Positions 19,297 through 30,075 of a stretch of 64,000 nucleotides of DNA are shown piece after piece (the stretch's first letter is position 1; every line of letters begins with the position of its first letter). The stretch spans positions 5,990 to 69,989 of the forward strand of contig JALFPC010000042.1 in NCBI GenBank assembly GCA_022782305.1, written 5' to 3'. Made by a program: the position numbers and the translations under genes. The stretch comes from Prevotella sp. (GTDB taxonomy: Bacteria > Bacteroidota > Bacteroidia > Bacteroidales > Bacteroidaceae). Under the pieces are notes generated by a model. It worked only from the letters and a program-made list of their open reading frames with translations. It searched no databases and had not been told where the DNA came from.

Positions 19297-21444
19297 TTAC
19301 TCCTCTTCTTCGTGATCCTTGATAAGTTGCTGCTGAATATCGTTTGGCACGAGTTCGTAACTTGCAAACTTAGTGGTGAAGGAAGCACGTCCGCCAGTGA
19401 TGGAACTCAGCGAGATGCTATAGTTAGACAATTCCTTGAGAGGAATCTTGGCCTGCAGTTTCTGATAACCAGCCTCGCTGTCCATACCCATGATAAGAGC
19501 ACGTCTGCCCTGTAGGTCGCTCATCACATCACCCATATAAGCATCGGGCACGAAGACCTCAAGGTCGTAGATAGGTTCGAGGATCTTTGGTCCTGCCTCT
19601 TTGAATGCAGCAGAGAATGCATTTCGTGCTGCGAGCATAAAGGATAGTTCATTGCTGTCTACGGGGTGCATCTTTCCGTCATAAACGATCACTCTGACAT
19701 CTCGTGCATAACTGCCTGTGAGAGGTCCCTGCTCCATGCGCTCCATGACACCCTTGAGGATGGCAGGCATGAAACGAGTATCGATGGCTCCACCCACTAC
19801 CGAGTTCATAAATACCAGTTTGCCTCCCCACTCGAGGTCTATCTCTTCGCGACTCTTGATATTCATACGGAACTCCTGTCCGCCAAACTTGAATACTGTT
19901 GGATCTGGCATACCCTCGGCATAAGGTTCCACTATGAGGTGCACTTCTCCGAACTGTCCTGCACCACCCGACTGCTTTTTGTGTCGATAATCAGCACGTG
20001 CCGCCTTTGTGATAGTTTCGCGGTATGGAATCTTTGGTTCCCCATATTCGACAGCAATTTTTTCGTTGTTTTCCATACGCCATTTCAGTGTGCGCAGATG
20101 GAACTCACCCTGTCCGCGCACGATGGTCTGACGCAGTTCCTTGCTCTGCTCCACCACCCATGTTGGGTCTTCCTGTCTCATTTTTGTCAGTGCCACCATC
20201 ATCTTCTCTGTGTCAGCCTCGTTGACGGCTTTGATAGAGCGTGAATATTTTGAGTTAGGATATTTGATGAAGTCATATCTCCACTCGCAGTCCTTGCCAT
20301 TGAGTGCGTTTCCTGTTTTCACATCTTTGAGTTTGACGGTACAACCGATGTCGCCGGCATTGAGTTCATCCACAGGCAGACGGTTAGCTCCTGCACATGC
20401 GAAGAGCTGTGCCATGCGCTCCTTGCTACCCCTGTCGGCATTGGTGAGGTCTGCTCCCGCTTTCACTTTTCCGCTCATAACCTTGAAATACTGCACTTCG
20501 CCGATATGAGGTTCGAGTCCGGTTTTAAAGAAATAGAGAGATGTTGGTCCGTCGCTCTCGGGAGCCACTTCTTCTCCTCGTGTATTGTGTATCTTTGGCA
20601 TCTCGCTCACGAAAGGCACCACATTGCCCAGGAACTCCATGAGTCGGCGCACGCCCATATCCTTGCCGGCGCAAACGCAGAACACTGGGAAGATGCTACG
20701 TGTGACCAATCCTTTGCGTATGCCCTCGCGGAGCTCATCTTCGGTAAGTGTTTCTTCTTCAAAGAATTTCTCCATGAGAGTCTCGTCGTTTTCGGCTGCA
20801 GCCTCTACGAGAGTTTTGTGGAGAGCCATAGCCTTGTCCATTTCTTCTGCAGGAATATCCTCGATGATAGGAGCTCCACCCTCTGGTTTCCATGAATATT
20901 TCTTCATGAGCAGCACGTCGATAAGCGAATTGAATCCGTTGCCTGTGGCTATAGGATACTGTATCTGCACGCACTTAGGCCCATATATATCCTGCATTGT
21001 AGACACGATATTGTCGAAGTCGCACTTGTCGCTATCCAACTGGTTGATGAGGAAGATAACAGGTTTTTTGAGTTTTTCTGTATATCTGAAATTGTTTTGT
21101 GTGCCCACCTCGGGTCCATACTGTCCGTTGATGAGGATGACGGCCTGATCAGTTACGTTAAGTGCTGTTATGGCCCCTCCCACGAAGTCGTCGCTACCGG
21201 GGCAGTCGATGATGTTTAGTTTTTTGTTGTTCCATTCAACATGGAAAACAGTAGAGAACACCGAATATCCGTATTCTTGCTCCACAGGGAAATAATCACT
21301 CACCGTATTCTTGCCCTCCACTGTACCGCGGCGCTTGATGATACCGGCTTCATACAACATTGACTCGGCAAGTGTGGTCTTGCCGCTACCCGCGCTGCCA
21401 AGCAGTGCGATGTTTTTGATTTCATTGGTCTGATATACTCTCAT
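19297..21444 (-). CDS. fusA2: Elongation factor G paralog (EF-G2)
   Basis: GSAGSGKTT, DCPGSDDF in place of DTPGH, NQLD in place of NKxD, KKQSGGAGQFG, domain IV insertion; not in the str operon. Confidence 0.92.
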   Translation of the reverse strand: MRVYQTNEIKNIALLGSAGSGKTTLAESMLYEAGIIKRRGTVEGKNTVSDYFPVEQEYGYSVFSTVFHVEWNNKKLNIIDCPGSDDFVGGAITALNVTDQAVILINGQYGPEVGTQNNFRYTEKLKKPVIFLINQLDSDKCDFDNIVSTMQDIYGPKCVQIQYPIATGNGFNSLIDVLLMKKYSWKPEGGAPIIEDIPAEEMDKAMALHKTLVEAAAENDETLMEKFFEEETLTEDELREGIRKGLVTRSIFPVFCVCAGKDMGVRRLMEFLGNVVPFVSEMPKIHNTRGEEVAPESDGPTSLYFFKTGLEPHIGEVQYFKVMSGKVKAGADLTNADRGSKERMAQLFACAGANRLPVDELNAGDIGCTVKLKDVKTGNALNGKDCEWRYDFIKYPNSKYSRSIKAVNEADTEKMMVALTKMRQEDPTWVVEQSKELRQTIVRGQGEFHLRTLKWRMENNEKIAVEYGEPKIPYRETITKAARADYRHKKQSGGAGQFGEVHLIVEPYAEGMPDPTVFKFGGQEFRMNIKSREEIDLEWGGKLVFMNSVVGGAIDTRFMPAILKGVMERMEQGPLTGSYARDVRVIVYDGKMHPVDSNELSFMLAARNAFSAAFKEAGPKILEPIYDLEVFVPDAYMGDVMSDLQGRRALIMGMDSEAGYQKLQAKIPLKELSNYSISLSSITGGRASFTTKFASYELVPNDIQQQLIKDHEEEE

Positions 21445-21590
21445 ATCAAAAGGATTTTAAGTTGTTACTTAGTAGTTGATTGCTTTTGGGGTCTAAAGTT
21501 ATGTATTTTTCTTCTAATTTCCCAACTAAAAGCATCATTTTTTTGCAGAATTAAACAAAATTAGTACTTTTGCATGTAAATTGGTCATAT

Positions 21591-22718
21591 ATGGCAGGAT
21601 TATATATTCATATACCTTTTTGTAAAAGCAGATGTCGCTATTGCGCCTTCTATTCCACCACCCGTATTGAGATGATGGAAAAATATGTGGATGCAGTGGT
21701 AAGAGAATGGCAGATGCGTAGCGGCAGCGATGGTTATCTGGGTTCTGAGGAGATAAGGACGGTATATATAGGTGGCGGCAGCCCAAGCCTGCTGCCACCC
21801 CCTCTCCTATTGCGTTTGCTTGGAGCCATAGACCTGGGCAATGCTGTGGAGGTGACCGTTGAGTGCAATCCTGATGATATAAGCCGCTCTCTGGCTCGTG
21901 CATTGGTAGAAGGTGGTGTGAACAGGGTGAGCATGGGTGCCCAGAGTTTTGATGATGACACTCTGAGGCGCATCAACAGGCGTCATGATGCCGGTAGGGT
22001 GGCCACGTCTATGGACATACTGCGCGATGCGGGCATCACCAACATAGGTATAGACCTCATTTATGGTTTTCCGTGGCAGACCAAGGAGATGTGGGCCCAC
22101 GACCTGCATGAGGCCATGTCACTTGCCCCCCAGCACCTGTCGGCCTATAACCTGAGTATCGAAGAGGGCACCCCTATGTATGCCGACCTTAAGAGTGGTG
22201 CTATAAGCCAATGCGACGAGGAAACGGAGCGTGAGATGTATGAGATGCTCATGGATACAGCCTCTGCCCATGGGATGGTGCATTATGAAATCAGCAATTT
22301 TGCCATGCCGGGCATGGAGTCAAGACACAATAGCAGCTATTGGGATGGCACCCATTATATGGGTTTGGGTGCTGCCGCCCATTCTTACGATGGTGTTAGC
22401 AGGCAATGGAATGTGAGCGACATGGCCACATATATTAATAAGGTGGAGAAGGGAGAGATGGCCATGGAGCGCGAAGAACTAGACCTCTATAGCCGCTATG
22501 ATGATATGGTGATGCTGTCAATGCGCACTCGCAGGGGTTTGGATGTGAGGCTGCTCAGGGCCCGTATGGGCGATGCCATGGCCGACTATTGTGTGCGCCA
22601 GGCAATGAAATATGTAAACTCTCAATTGCTTGAAATGAGCGATGACCATATAGCCCTGACCCGTAAGGGTATCTTTGTGAGCGATATGGTCATCAGCGAT
22701 ATGATGTGGGACCGATGA
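21591..22718 (+). CDS. hemW: Radical SAM heme chaperone HemW
   Basis: LYIHIPFC-x3-C-x2-C, YEISNFA, HNSSYW; ATG 21591 lies downstream of TACTTTTG at 21565-21572. Confidence 0.9.
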   Translation: MAGLYIHIPFCKSRCRYCAFYSTTRIEMMEKYVDAVVREWQMRSGSDGYLGSEEIRTVYIGGGSPSLLPPPLLLRLLGAIDLGNAVEVTVECNPDDISRSLARALVEGGVNRVSMGAQSFDDDTLRRINRRHDAGRVATSMDILRDAGITNIGIDLIYGFPWQTKEMWAHDLHEAMSLAPQHLSAYNLSIEEGTPMYADLKSGAISQCDEETEREMYEMLMDTASAHGMVHYEISNFAMPGMESRHNSSYWDGTHYMGLGAAAHSYDGVSRQWNVSDMATYINKVEKGEMAMEREELDLYSRYDDMVMLSMRTRRGLDVRLLRARMGDAMADYCVRQAMKYVNSQLLEMSDDHIALTRKGIFVSDMVISDMMWDR

Positions 22719-22756
22719 GAACGTCTTCTCATGTGCATCCCCTAAGCGTCAAATGG

Positions 22757-23920
22757 TCATTGCACTATCTTCTGCATGTTGAGTTGTGAAATGAGGAAGT
22801 GGCTGTTTACCTTGGCATGCACCTTGAAGGTGACAAAGGAGTCATGGGCATCAGCGTGGCTTATGGTCTGGTCTACAGAGAAGGTCACATCATAGATGGC
22901 AGTATCGTCGGCAGCCTTTTCTTTCTTTATGGTCATATTATCGTTGACACGGAAACTCATACCTGCGACACCCTCACTGTCATGCAGTTTGCGCATGTGG
23001 TTGATAACATCATTCTTGCTTGCGTTGGCCTTATGCAGGAATTCGGTCAGTATATCATCAAGTGTAGCGAGCAGTGCAGACTCATTGCCCTGCCCCAGTG
23101 CGTTGAAATATGATACGAAGAGCATGTGGAGCCTTTCATTATCATCGGCGCTTACTCTCTCGGCATCCAGGGTGTCGAATTTCTCTTTAGCCTCATCCAC
23201 ATAGTTGCCATCGGCATGGTCGCGCAGATATTGCTGGTAAGCCTCTGGGGTGTTGGCATTTTGTGCTGCTGCCCAATCGAGCGAGTCAACGATGATCTTG
23301 GCCTCTGTGATATGGAAACTCTCGGGATATCGTGCTATGAAGTTGATGAAGTCTGTCTTTGACTTGCTCACCATCACATTATTCCACTCCTGTTCGGCAG
23401 CTTTGAAAATCTCCAGATGTGCCAGCACTGAGTCGCGGTGTGCCTGTGGCGCGTTTTCAAATCTGTCGAGATAGTTTTGCAGCACTGCCTGGTCGTTGCT
23501 CTGCATGGCATTCTCATATTCTTCTGTTTCGTTTATGCTCTCTATATGCCTGAAATAATAGATGCCCACAAACACCAATATGAGGGCGATGACCAATGAT
23601 ATCACGATGGGCATCAGTCCCTTAGGTTTTCCTTTCCCATTGTTGTCGGCAGCGTCTTTCTTACCTCCATCGGCGTCATTGACGTTGCCATGTGCATGTG
23701 CCTGCGACGATGCGTGTGATGATGCCTGTGTGGCCTGTGGGCCCGTGTGTTTCTGCAGTGGAACATGACAGTTTGGGCATAGAGCCTGATCATTGAAAAC
23801 CACTTCGCCGCACTCGCGGCATTTGGTCACCCTGCCAGCTATCACGATGCCGCAACTGGGGCATGTGGGTGCTTGGTCGCTCACTTGATGACCACATTCT
23901 GGACATTTGATTATTGCCAT
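22757..23920 (-). CDS. Double zinc-ribbon membrane protein
   Basis: Four CxxC pairs at the N-terminus, one TM helix, repeated Y/FLxxY/FP helical motifs in the extracytoplasmic part. Confidence 0.8.
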   Translation of the reverse strand: MAIIKCPECGHQVSDQAPTCPSCGIVIAGRVTKCRECGEVVFNDQALCPNCHVPLQKHTGPQATQASSHASSQAHAHGNVNDADGGKKDAADNNGKGKPKGLMPIVISLVIALILVFVGIYYFRHIESINETEEYENAMQSNDQAVLQNYLDRFENAPQAHRDSVLAHLEIFKAAEQEWNNVMVSKSKTDFINFIARYPESFHITEAKIIVDSLDWAAAQNANTPEAYQQYLRDHADGNYVDEAKEKFDTLDAERVSADDNERLHMLFVSYFNALGQGNESALLATLDDILTEFLHKANASKNDVINHMRKLHDSEGVAGMSFRVNDNMTIKKEKAADDTAIYDVTFSVDQTISHADAHDSFVTFKVHAKVNSHFLISQLNMQKIVQ

Positions 23921-23959
23921 AATAAAATATCTATCCTTTTATCTTATTTAGTGAAAATA

Positions 23960-24679
23960 TTATTGTTTGTTTTGTTGCAATTGTGTGGCGGTCCATCGGT
24001 ATTTGATCTCTCTGAGACTATGCTCGCCGAGAAATCTGCTCTTGTCTACATATCCCGTGATGCCATCTATGCGCCCCTTGCAGGTATACTGCCACATGGT
24101 AATGTCGCGCTCGTCGAGCAGTTGAGGTTCCATATCGCTGTATTGGGCTATCATGAGCTTATAGTCGTCTATGGTCCCGAGCAGGTGTTTATTATAGAAG
24201 TTGGTATAGGTATAGAGCAGCGGTTTCTGCCTGTATGCCTCCTCTACGAGGGAGAGGAACTTGAATAGTGAGTCTCTGAACTCCTCTGTGGGCAGTCCGC
24301 TGGTTGTTTCGATGTCTATCATCGGTATGAGGTCTTGGTTGCCGGGCCTACATTGTGTTTTGAAATTATCCAACTGCACCTTTTGGTCAGAGCGTGGTCT
24401 GTAGAAATGATAACTGCCAACCTTGAGTCCGTGTTTGTGCGCCAGTTGAATGTTTGTTTCATACGTATGGTCTATGCGGTCGCCGCCCTCGGTGGCTTTG
24501 AGATATACGTAGGTCATCTTGCGGTTGTCTCCCACCGCATCCCAGAAAACCTCGCCTTGATAATGGCTCAAATCGATGCCATGAATATGTCTGCAACTAT
24601 CCTCACACTGCTCTGCCACATCCTGCGCATGGCATGCCGCCGACAGCAGCAGGGCAAGGGATATAATCAATTTTTTCAT
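23960..24679 (-). CDS. Glycoside hydrolase family 25 muramidase
   Basis: GIDLSHYQG, KATEG, GSYHFY, DIE catalytic motif, WQYT; signal peptide. Confidence 0.92.
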   Translation of the reverse strand: MKKLIISLALLLSAACHAQDVAEQCEDSCRHIHGIDLSHYQGEVFWDAVGDNRKMTYVYLKATEGGDRIDHTYETNIQLAHKHGLKVGSYHFYRPRSDQKVQLDNFKTQCRPGNQDLIPMIDIETTSGLPTEEFRDSLFKFLSLVEEAYRQKPLLYTYTNFYNKHLLGTIDDYKLMIAQYSDMEPQLLDERDITMWQYTCKGRIDGITGYVDKSRFLGEHSLREIKYRWTATQLQQNKQ

Positions 24680-24757
24680 TACTTATAAACAATTTAGTTG
24701 CAAAGGTACTAACAATTAACAAAAAAACATGTATCTTTGCGGAAAAAATAATGAGAA

Positions 24758-25984
24758 ATGAAATATTTATTAACCCTCATAGCCATTTTTGCCATGGTAT
24801 CGTGCAGCGATGATGACAACAATGACAACAGCACGGCTACCCCAGCGCGACATACAATAATCATTTATATGGCGGCAGAAAACTCTCTCTCGTCATTGGT
24901 GCAAGACGATATCAACGAGATTACTACCGCCTCAAACTCGGTGCCCAAAGATGTAAACATAGTGGCATTCATAGACCCAAGCGCAAACGTAAACAACGGC
25001 ATGCCTTATATAGCATCGTTTAAAAATGGTAAGATGACCACCGACAAGGCTTTGGCCATGAGCGAGGATGCGTATGCCTGCGACCCATCGTTGATAGCAA
25101 AAACATTAAACAATATCATCCAGAGATACAAAGCCGAATCATATTCACTGATACTGTGGGGACACGCCTCGGGATGGCTTATAGAAAATGATACCATACC
25201 AACTCAAGTGACTGGCATACAGATGTCTTACGGTGTGGACAACGGTAAGAACACCTACTCAGATAGGGGCAAATGGATCAATATTCCCACATTGGCATCC
25301 ACACTGGAGTCTACGGGTATTAAGTTTGACATTATCATGGCTGACTGCTGCTGCTTCCAGAGCATGGAAACGGCATACGAGATGAAAGATGTGGCTGACT
25401 ATATCATCGGTTCGCCTGCAGAGATACCTGGAGCGGGCGCACCCTATCATCTGCTGCTGCCCATCATGGCCAAGAATATTGACACTGAGCAGAAGTGCAT
25501 CAGCATGACAGAGCAGTATTACCAATTCTATGTCAACCGTCTGCCAGCCCCGATGAGCGTGATAAAAACAGACAAGATGCAACACATGGCAGAGATGACA
25601 CGGGCACTGTGGCACACAATAAAAGACAAAGAAATAGTGGACAACGGATGCACATACTATTTTATGAATAATTATATGCCCATATTCTATGATGCACAGG
25701 AGATAGCAGCAGCCAACTGCGACAATCCAACCGTGATGGACGACTGGCTGAAAGCACTCGACGAAGCCATCATTTTCCATAAGTCGAGCCGAGAATGGGA
25801 TACTTTATTGAGCATGATGGGGTTCAGCACATTCTCGCCCAACGACGAGAAAACTTGCTGCGTGAGCATGTACCTGCCCATGACCGCCTACAGCAAAACG
25901 CAACAGAGCAGGCTGACCAACCAGGTGATGAGGTATAAATGGGGCATGGCCGTGTTCGGAAATTTACCGAAATCAAATAATTGA
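24758..25984 (+). CDS. Clostripain-family (C11) cysteine peptidase lipoprotein
   Basis: Lipobox MVSC, IYMAAENSL, LWGHASGW (catalytic His), ADCCCFQSMETAYE (catalytic Cys), SPAEIPGAGAPY. Confidence 0.88.
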   Translation: MKYLLTLIAIFAMVSCSDDDNNDNSTATPARHTIIIYMAAENSLSSLVQDDINEITTASNSVPKDVNIVAFIDPSANVNNGMPYIASFKNGKMTTDKALAMSEDAYACDPSLIAKTLNNIIQRYKAESYSLILWGHASGWLIENDTIPTQVTGIQMSYGVDNGKNTYSDRGKWINIPTLASTLESTGIKFDIIMADCCCFQSMETAYEMKDVADYIIGSPAEIPGAGAPYHLLLPIMAKNIDTEQKCISMTEQYYQFYVNRLPAPMSVIKTDKMQHMAEMTRALWHTIKDKEIVDNGCTYYFMNNYMPIFYDAQEIAAANCDNPTVMDDWLKALDEAIIFHKSSREWDTLLSMMGFSTFSPNDEKTCCVSMYLPMTAYSKTQQSRLTNQVMRYKWGMAVFGNLPKSNN

Positions 25985-26071
25985 GACATAAATGAAATGT
26001 TTTTTACTAAAATGATGGTATTATAAAAAAAATGCGTATATTTGCACATTATAAACAAGAGACACACTATT

Positions 26072-27841
26072 ATGGTAGAAAAGAATTGTATTGACAACGA
26101 AGAGAAGAAAAGTCTTAGCTTCGTGGAACAACTCATTGAGGCAGACCTCGCAGAAGGAAAAAATGCAGGACGAATACAGACCCGATTTCCACCAGAACCC
26201 AATGGTTATCTGCATATCGGACACGCCAAAGCCATAGCCTTAGACTTCGGCATGGCACAGAAATATGGAGGCGTATGCAATCTGCGCATGGATGATACTA
26301 ATCCACAAAAAGAGGATACAGAATATGTGGAGGCCATAAAAAAAGATATTGAATGGCTCGGATTCAAATGGAATAAAGTGCTGTATGCCAGCGACTATTT
26401 TCAACAACTCTGGGACCTGGCAGTGGAACTGATCAAAGAGGGTAAGGCTTATGTGGACGAACAGACAGCTGAAGAGATAGCACAACAAAAGGGCACACCT
26501 ACTCAACCTGGTATCGAATCGCCCTACCGCAACAGACCCGTGGAGGAGAGCCTAAAACTCTTTGAGGAAATGAACTCTGGTAACATGGAACCGGGAAGGA
26601 TGGTGCTCAGGGCAAAAATTGATATGGCAAGCCCTAACATGCACTTCAGAGACCCTATCATGTATCGCGTGCTCAACATGCCTCACTGGCGCACAGGAAA
26701 CAAATGGAACGCATACCCCATGTATGACTATACGCACGGACAATGCGACTACTGGGAGGGGGTTACACACTCGCTATGCACACTGGAGTTTGTAAGCCAC
26801 CGACCTCTCTACGACCTCTTCGTGGACTGGGCAAAGATAGCAGCACACGACGACAATCCTTTGGATGATAACAGACCACGACAGACGGAGTTTAATAAAC
26901 TGAACCTCACACATATTCTGCTGTCAAAACGAAACCTGCTGGTGCTGGTAAAAGAGGGGGTGGTAAACGGATGGGACGACCCACGAATGCCCACTATCTG
27001 CGGATTCAGACGACGTGGATATAGCCCCGAAGGTATACTGGCATTCATAAACAAAATAGGATATACCAAGTTTGACGCCCTAAACCAAATGTCGCTGTTT
27101 GAGGCTGCCGTCAGAGACGACCTTAACAAACGAGCACAGAGAGTGAGCGCAGTGATCGACCCCGTGAAACTCGTGATAACTAACTTCCCAGAAGGAGACA
27201 CCGAGACTTATCAGGTGATAAACAACCCAGAAAACGAGGCCGACGGAACTCACGAAATCGAGTTCAGCAGAGAACTATGGATAGAGCGAGACGACTTTAT
27301 GGAAGATGCTCCAAAGAAATTCCTCAGACTGGGACCAGGAAAACAGGTGAGACTAAAAAACAGCTATATCATACAGTGCCCAGAGGATATAAACGAGTGT
27401 GTGGTTAAGGATGACAATGGTAACATCATCGAAATACATGCCGAACTCATACCTGAAACAAAAACAGGACAGGCTAATAGCAGCATGAAAATAAAGGGCA
27501 AAACTATTCACTGGGTGAGTTGCAAACAATGCCTCGAGGCAGAAGTGCGCAACTATGACCGACTATGGATGGTGGAAAACCCAAGAGACGAGGTGGCAGC
27601 TTACTCAAAAGCTCATGGCGACGTGAGAGGAATAGAGGCCATGAAACCTTTCCTCAACCCTAACAGCCTCGAAATAAAAAAGGCATACGTGGAGAAATGG
27701 GTAGCAACACGAAAACCTATGGATTATCTCCAATTCCAACGTATTGGATACTATAACGTGGACATCGACTCCACAGCTGACCATCTCGTGTTTAATCGTA
27801 CTGTCGGACTAAAAGATACTTGGGCAAAAATTAATAAATAA
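26072..27841 (+). CDS. glnS: Glutamine--tRNA ligase
   Basis: TRFPPEPNGYLHIGH, LSKR, WDDPRMPT, QFQRIGYY; ATG 26072 lies after TATATTTG at 26037-26044. Confidence 0.97.
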   Translation: MVEKNCIDNEEKKSLSFVEQLIEADLAEGKNAGRIQTRFPPEPNGYLHIGHAKAIALDFGMAQKYGGVCNLRMDDTNPQKEDTEYVEAIKKDIEWLGFKWNKVLYASDYFQQLWDLAVELIKEGKAYVDEQTAEEIAQQKGTPTQPGIESPYRNRPVEESLKLFEEMNSGNMEPGRMVLRAKIDMASPNMHFRDPIMYRVLNMPHWRTGNKWNAYPMYDYTHGQCDYWEGVTHSLCTLEFVSHRPLYDLFVDWAKIAAHDDNPLDDNRPRQTEFNKLNLTHILLSKRNLLVLVKEGVVNGWDDPRMPTICGFRRRGYSPEGILAFINKIGYTKFDALNQMSLFEAAVRDDLNKRAQRVSAVIDPVKLVITNFPEGDTETYQVINNPENEADGTHEIEFSRELWIERDDFMEDAPKKFLRLGPGKQVRLKNSYIIQCPEDINECVVKDDNGNIIEIHAELIPETKTGQANSSMKIKGKTIHWVSCKQCLEAEVRNYDRLWMVENPRDEVAAYSKAHGDVRGIEAMKPFLNPNSLEIKKAYVEKWVATRKPMDYLQFQRIGYYNVDIDSTADHLVFNRTVGLKDTWAKINK

Positions 27842-27862
27842 TTTCAATAGGCCATACCAAGA

Positions 27863-29314
27863 ATGATAACAGGGGATGACTATTTTGACAGCAAGGAATT
27901 TAAAAATCTGCTGAAGGATTTCGAAAGCAGATATGACAATGGAGAGGTGCTCTTTTATGACCTCGACAACCTCATTGACTTTGCTGACTATTATAATCTG
28001 GTAAACGATGGCGACAGAGAAAATGCCGCCATCGATACCGCTCTGCTACTGTATCCCAATGCCGCAATGGCAGTGGCGTACAAAGCACACATGGCTATCA
28101 GCAATAATAAGCTTGAAGAGGCTAAAAGATTGCTGGCACAAACCGACGACACCGAAGACTACCAGTATCTGCTGGCAAAAATCGAACTGACTCTGGCTGA
28201 AAACAATGCCAACAAGGCTTTCGATATGGCCAAGGAGATGGTGGAGAACATGAATACTACAAAAGATAAACATGATGCTGCAATAGATACAGCCAACATA
28301 ATGATTGATTATGAACATGATGACATGGCTGAGGCTCTCATAACTCTCATTAATGATAATGACGGCGACGAAACAAATGAGGTGAAAGCTCGAATAGCTA
28401 TATGCAGACATGACTACCAAACAGCAATAAATATTCTTGATTCTCTGCTCAGCAAGTATCCTTTCTCAAAAAAATACTGGACGTCTATGACTACATCCCA
28501 GTATTTTTCGGGTAATATCAACGATGCCATGGATAGCTGCAACTATCTGCTCGCTATCGACCCTGATGACCCTATCGGTCTTTATACCAAGGCAACAATG
28601 ATGGAACACCTGGAGAACTACAAAGAGGCGTCAATACTCTACGACAGATATCTGGCTCTGCCAAACCATGGCCCTGAGGCTCTGCTCGACCATGCCGAAT
28701 GCAAAATAAACATGCTGGCTTATAGAGATGCTATCGCACTGTGCAAACAGTTTATTAATGAGGCCGACAATAGCAGAGCACACCTAATAGGTGAGGCTTA
28801 CTATACATTGATAATGACCTATATGGCTATTGGCGACAAGGATAATGCTAAGGCCGCAAGAACTGAGGGCGACTCGTATCTCAACGACAACCAAAAATTG
28901 GTGATAGACACTAAACTGTTTCTCGAAAAAATTGTGAGCGAAGGAAATGGCGTGGTGTTTGATAACTTTATGCAGAATAACAAGGATAACGTGGAGATGC
29001 TAATGCTGGCATTCGACACCGCATACGACCATTCCTTGATATATATTGCATATAAAATAATGGAACAGATACTGATACTAAACAAAAACGAGGACAACAA
29101 GGGGTATGGGTTTATGGCTCAACTATGCTGCATTTTGGGATATACTGACGAAATGGTGAAATATCTGGATATGGCTCTGAAAAAATGCAGAACAGAACTG
29201 ATCAACGTGATGTCGGTGGCTGAATTGGAAGATATGATAAAGTGCGAACAACTCACAGAAGACACAAGGCAACAACTGCAAATCATTATCTCAAACAAAC
29301 AGCAAACTGAATAG
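27863..29314 (+). CDS. Tetratricopeptide repeat protein
   Basis: Helical TPR-like repeats (LLYP, KYPFS, IDPDD); located between glnS and dedA. Confidence 0.75.
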   Translation: MITGDDYFDSKEFKNLLKDFESRYDNGEVLFYDLDNLIDFADYYNLVNDGDRENAAIDTALLLYPNAAMAVAYKAHMAISNNKLEEAKRLLAQTDDTEDYQYLLAKIELTLAENNANKAFDMAKEMVENMNTTKDKHDAAIDTANIMIDYEHDDMAEALITLINDNDGDETNEVKARIAICRHDYQTAINILDSLLSKYPFSKKYWTSMTTSQYFSGNINDAMDSCNYLLAIDPDDPIGLYTKATMMEHLENYKEASILYDRYLALPNHGPEALLDHAECKINMLAYRDAIALCKQFINEADNSRAHLIGEAYYTLIMTYMAIGDKDNAKAARTEGDSYLNDNQKLVIDTKLFLEKIVSEGNGVVFDNFMQNNKDNVEMLMLAFDTAYDHSLIYIAYKIMEQILILNKNEDNKGYGFMAQLCCILGYTDEMVKYLDMALKKCRTELINVMSVAELEDMIKCEQLTEDTRQQLQIIISNKQQTE

Positions 29315-29324
29315 CAACATAATA

Positions 29325-29375
29325 AATAACAAAGAAATAACAACAAAAAAATAATAACAAAGAAATAACAACAAA
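29325..29375. repeat. 23-bp direct repeat (period 28) in an A-rich spacer
   Basis: AATAACAAAGAAATAACAACAAA at 29325 and 29353. Confidence 0.7.
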
Positions 29376-29413
29376 TAAATAGCATTAATAATAACATTAA
29401 ATAATAAAGGAAC

Positions 29414-30043
29414 GTGAATTTTATTACATCACTATTGGGCAACCTCAATTATGGCACCATCCTATTTCTGATGATGCTCGAGAGCACGGTCATACCCGTG
29501 CCTTCGGAACTCGTGGTGGCACCAGCTGCTTATCATGCCGCTGGCGGTAACCTCAATATCATACTGGTAATCATTGCCGCTACCATAGGTGCAGACCTCG
29601 GAGCTACTATCAACTATGTGGCCGCATACTACCTCGGCAGACCTATCATATATCGATTTGCTAACAGCAAATGGGGAAAGATGTGTCTGCTCAATCAGGA
29701 GAAAGTGGAGAAGAGCGAAAAATATTTCTATGACCACGGAGTGGCAGCCACACTCACAGGAAGACTGCTGCCGGGAATACGTCACCTCATCTCTATACCT
29801 GCTGGACTGGCTAAAATGCATTATGGCAAGTTTCTGCTTTATACCACTCTCGGAGCAGGATGCTGGAACTGCATACTCGCAGCCATGGGATGGTATCTGC
29901 ATGCCATTGTGCCCGAAAACCAACTGGATGCAAAGATTGAGGAATACTCTGAGTATATAAAAATCTTTATCATTGCCGCTGTGTGCATTGCCATTGCCTT
30001 CTTCGTAATCAGGGCTATGATAAAGAAAAGAAAAGGAAAATAA
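29414..30043 (+). CDS. DedA family membrane protein
   Basis: ESTVIPVPSELVV, GRLLPGIRHLISIPAG; GTG start. Confidence 0.93.
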   Translation: MNFITSLLGNLNYGTILFLMMLESTVIPVPSELVVAPAAYHAAGGNLNIILVIIAATIGADLGATINYVAAYYLGRPIIYRFANSKWGKMCLLNQEKVEKSEKYFYDHGVAATLTGRLLPGIRHLISIPAGLAKMHYGKFLLYTTLGAGCWNCILAAMGWYLHAIVPENQLDAKIEEYSEYIKIFIIAAVCIAIAFFVIRAMIKKRKGK

Positions 30044-30075
30044 TATTATTATAATAGTTAAACAAGTGTGTATAT

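Noticed and set aside
23960-24679. Prophage lysin
   Set aside because: It has a signal peptide and a housekeeping context, with no holin or structural genes nearby.
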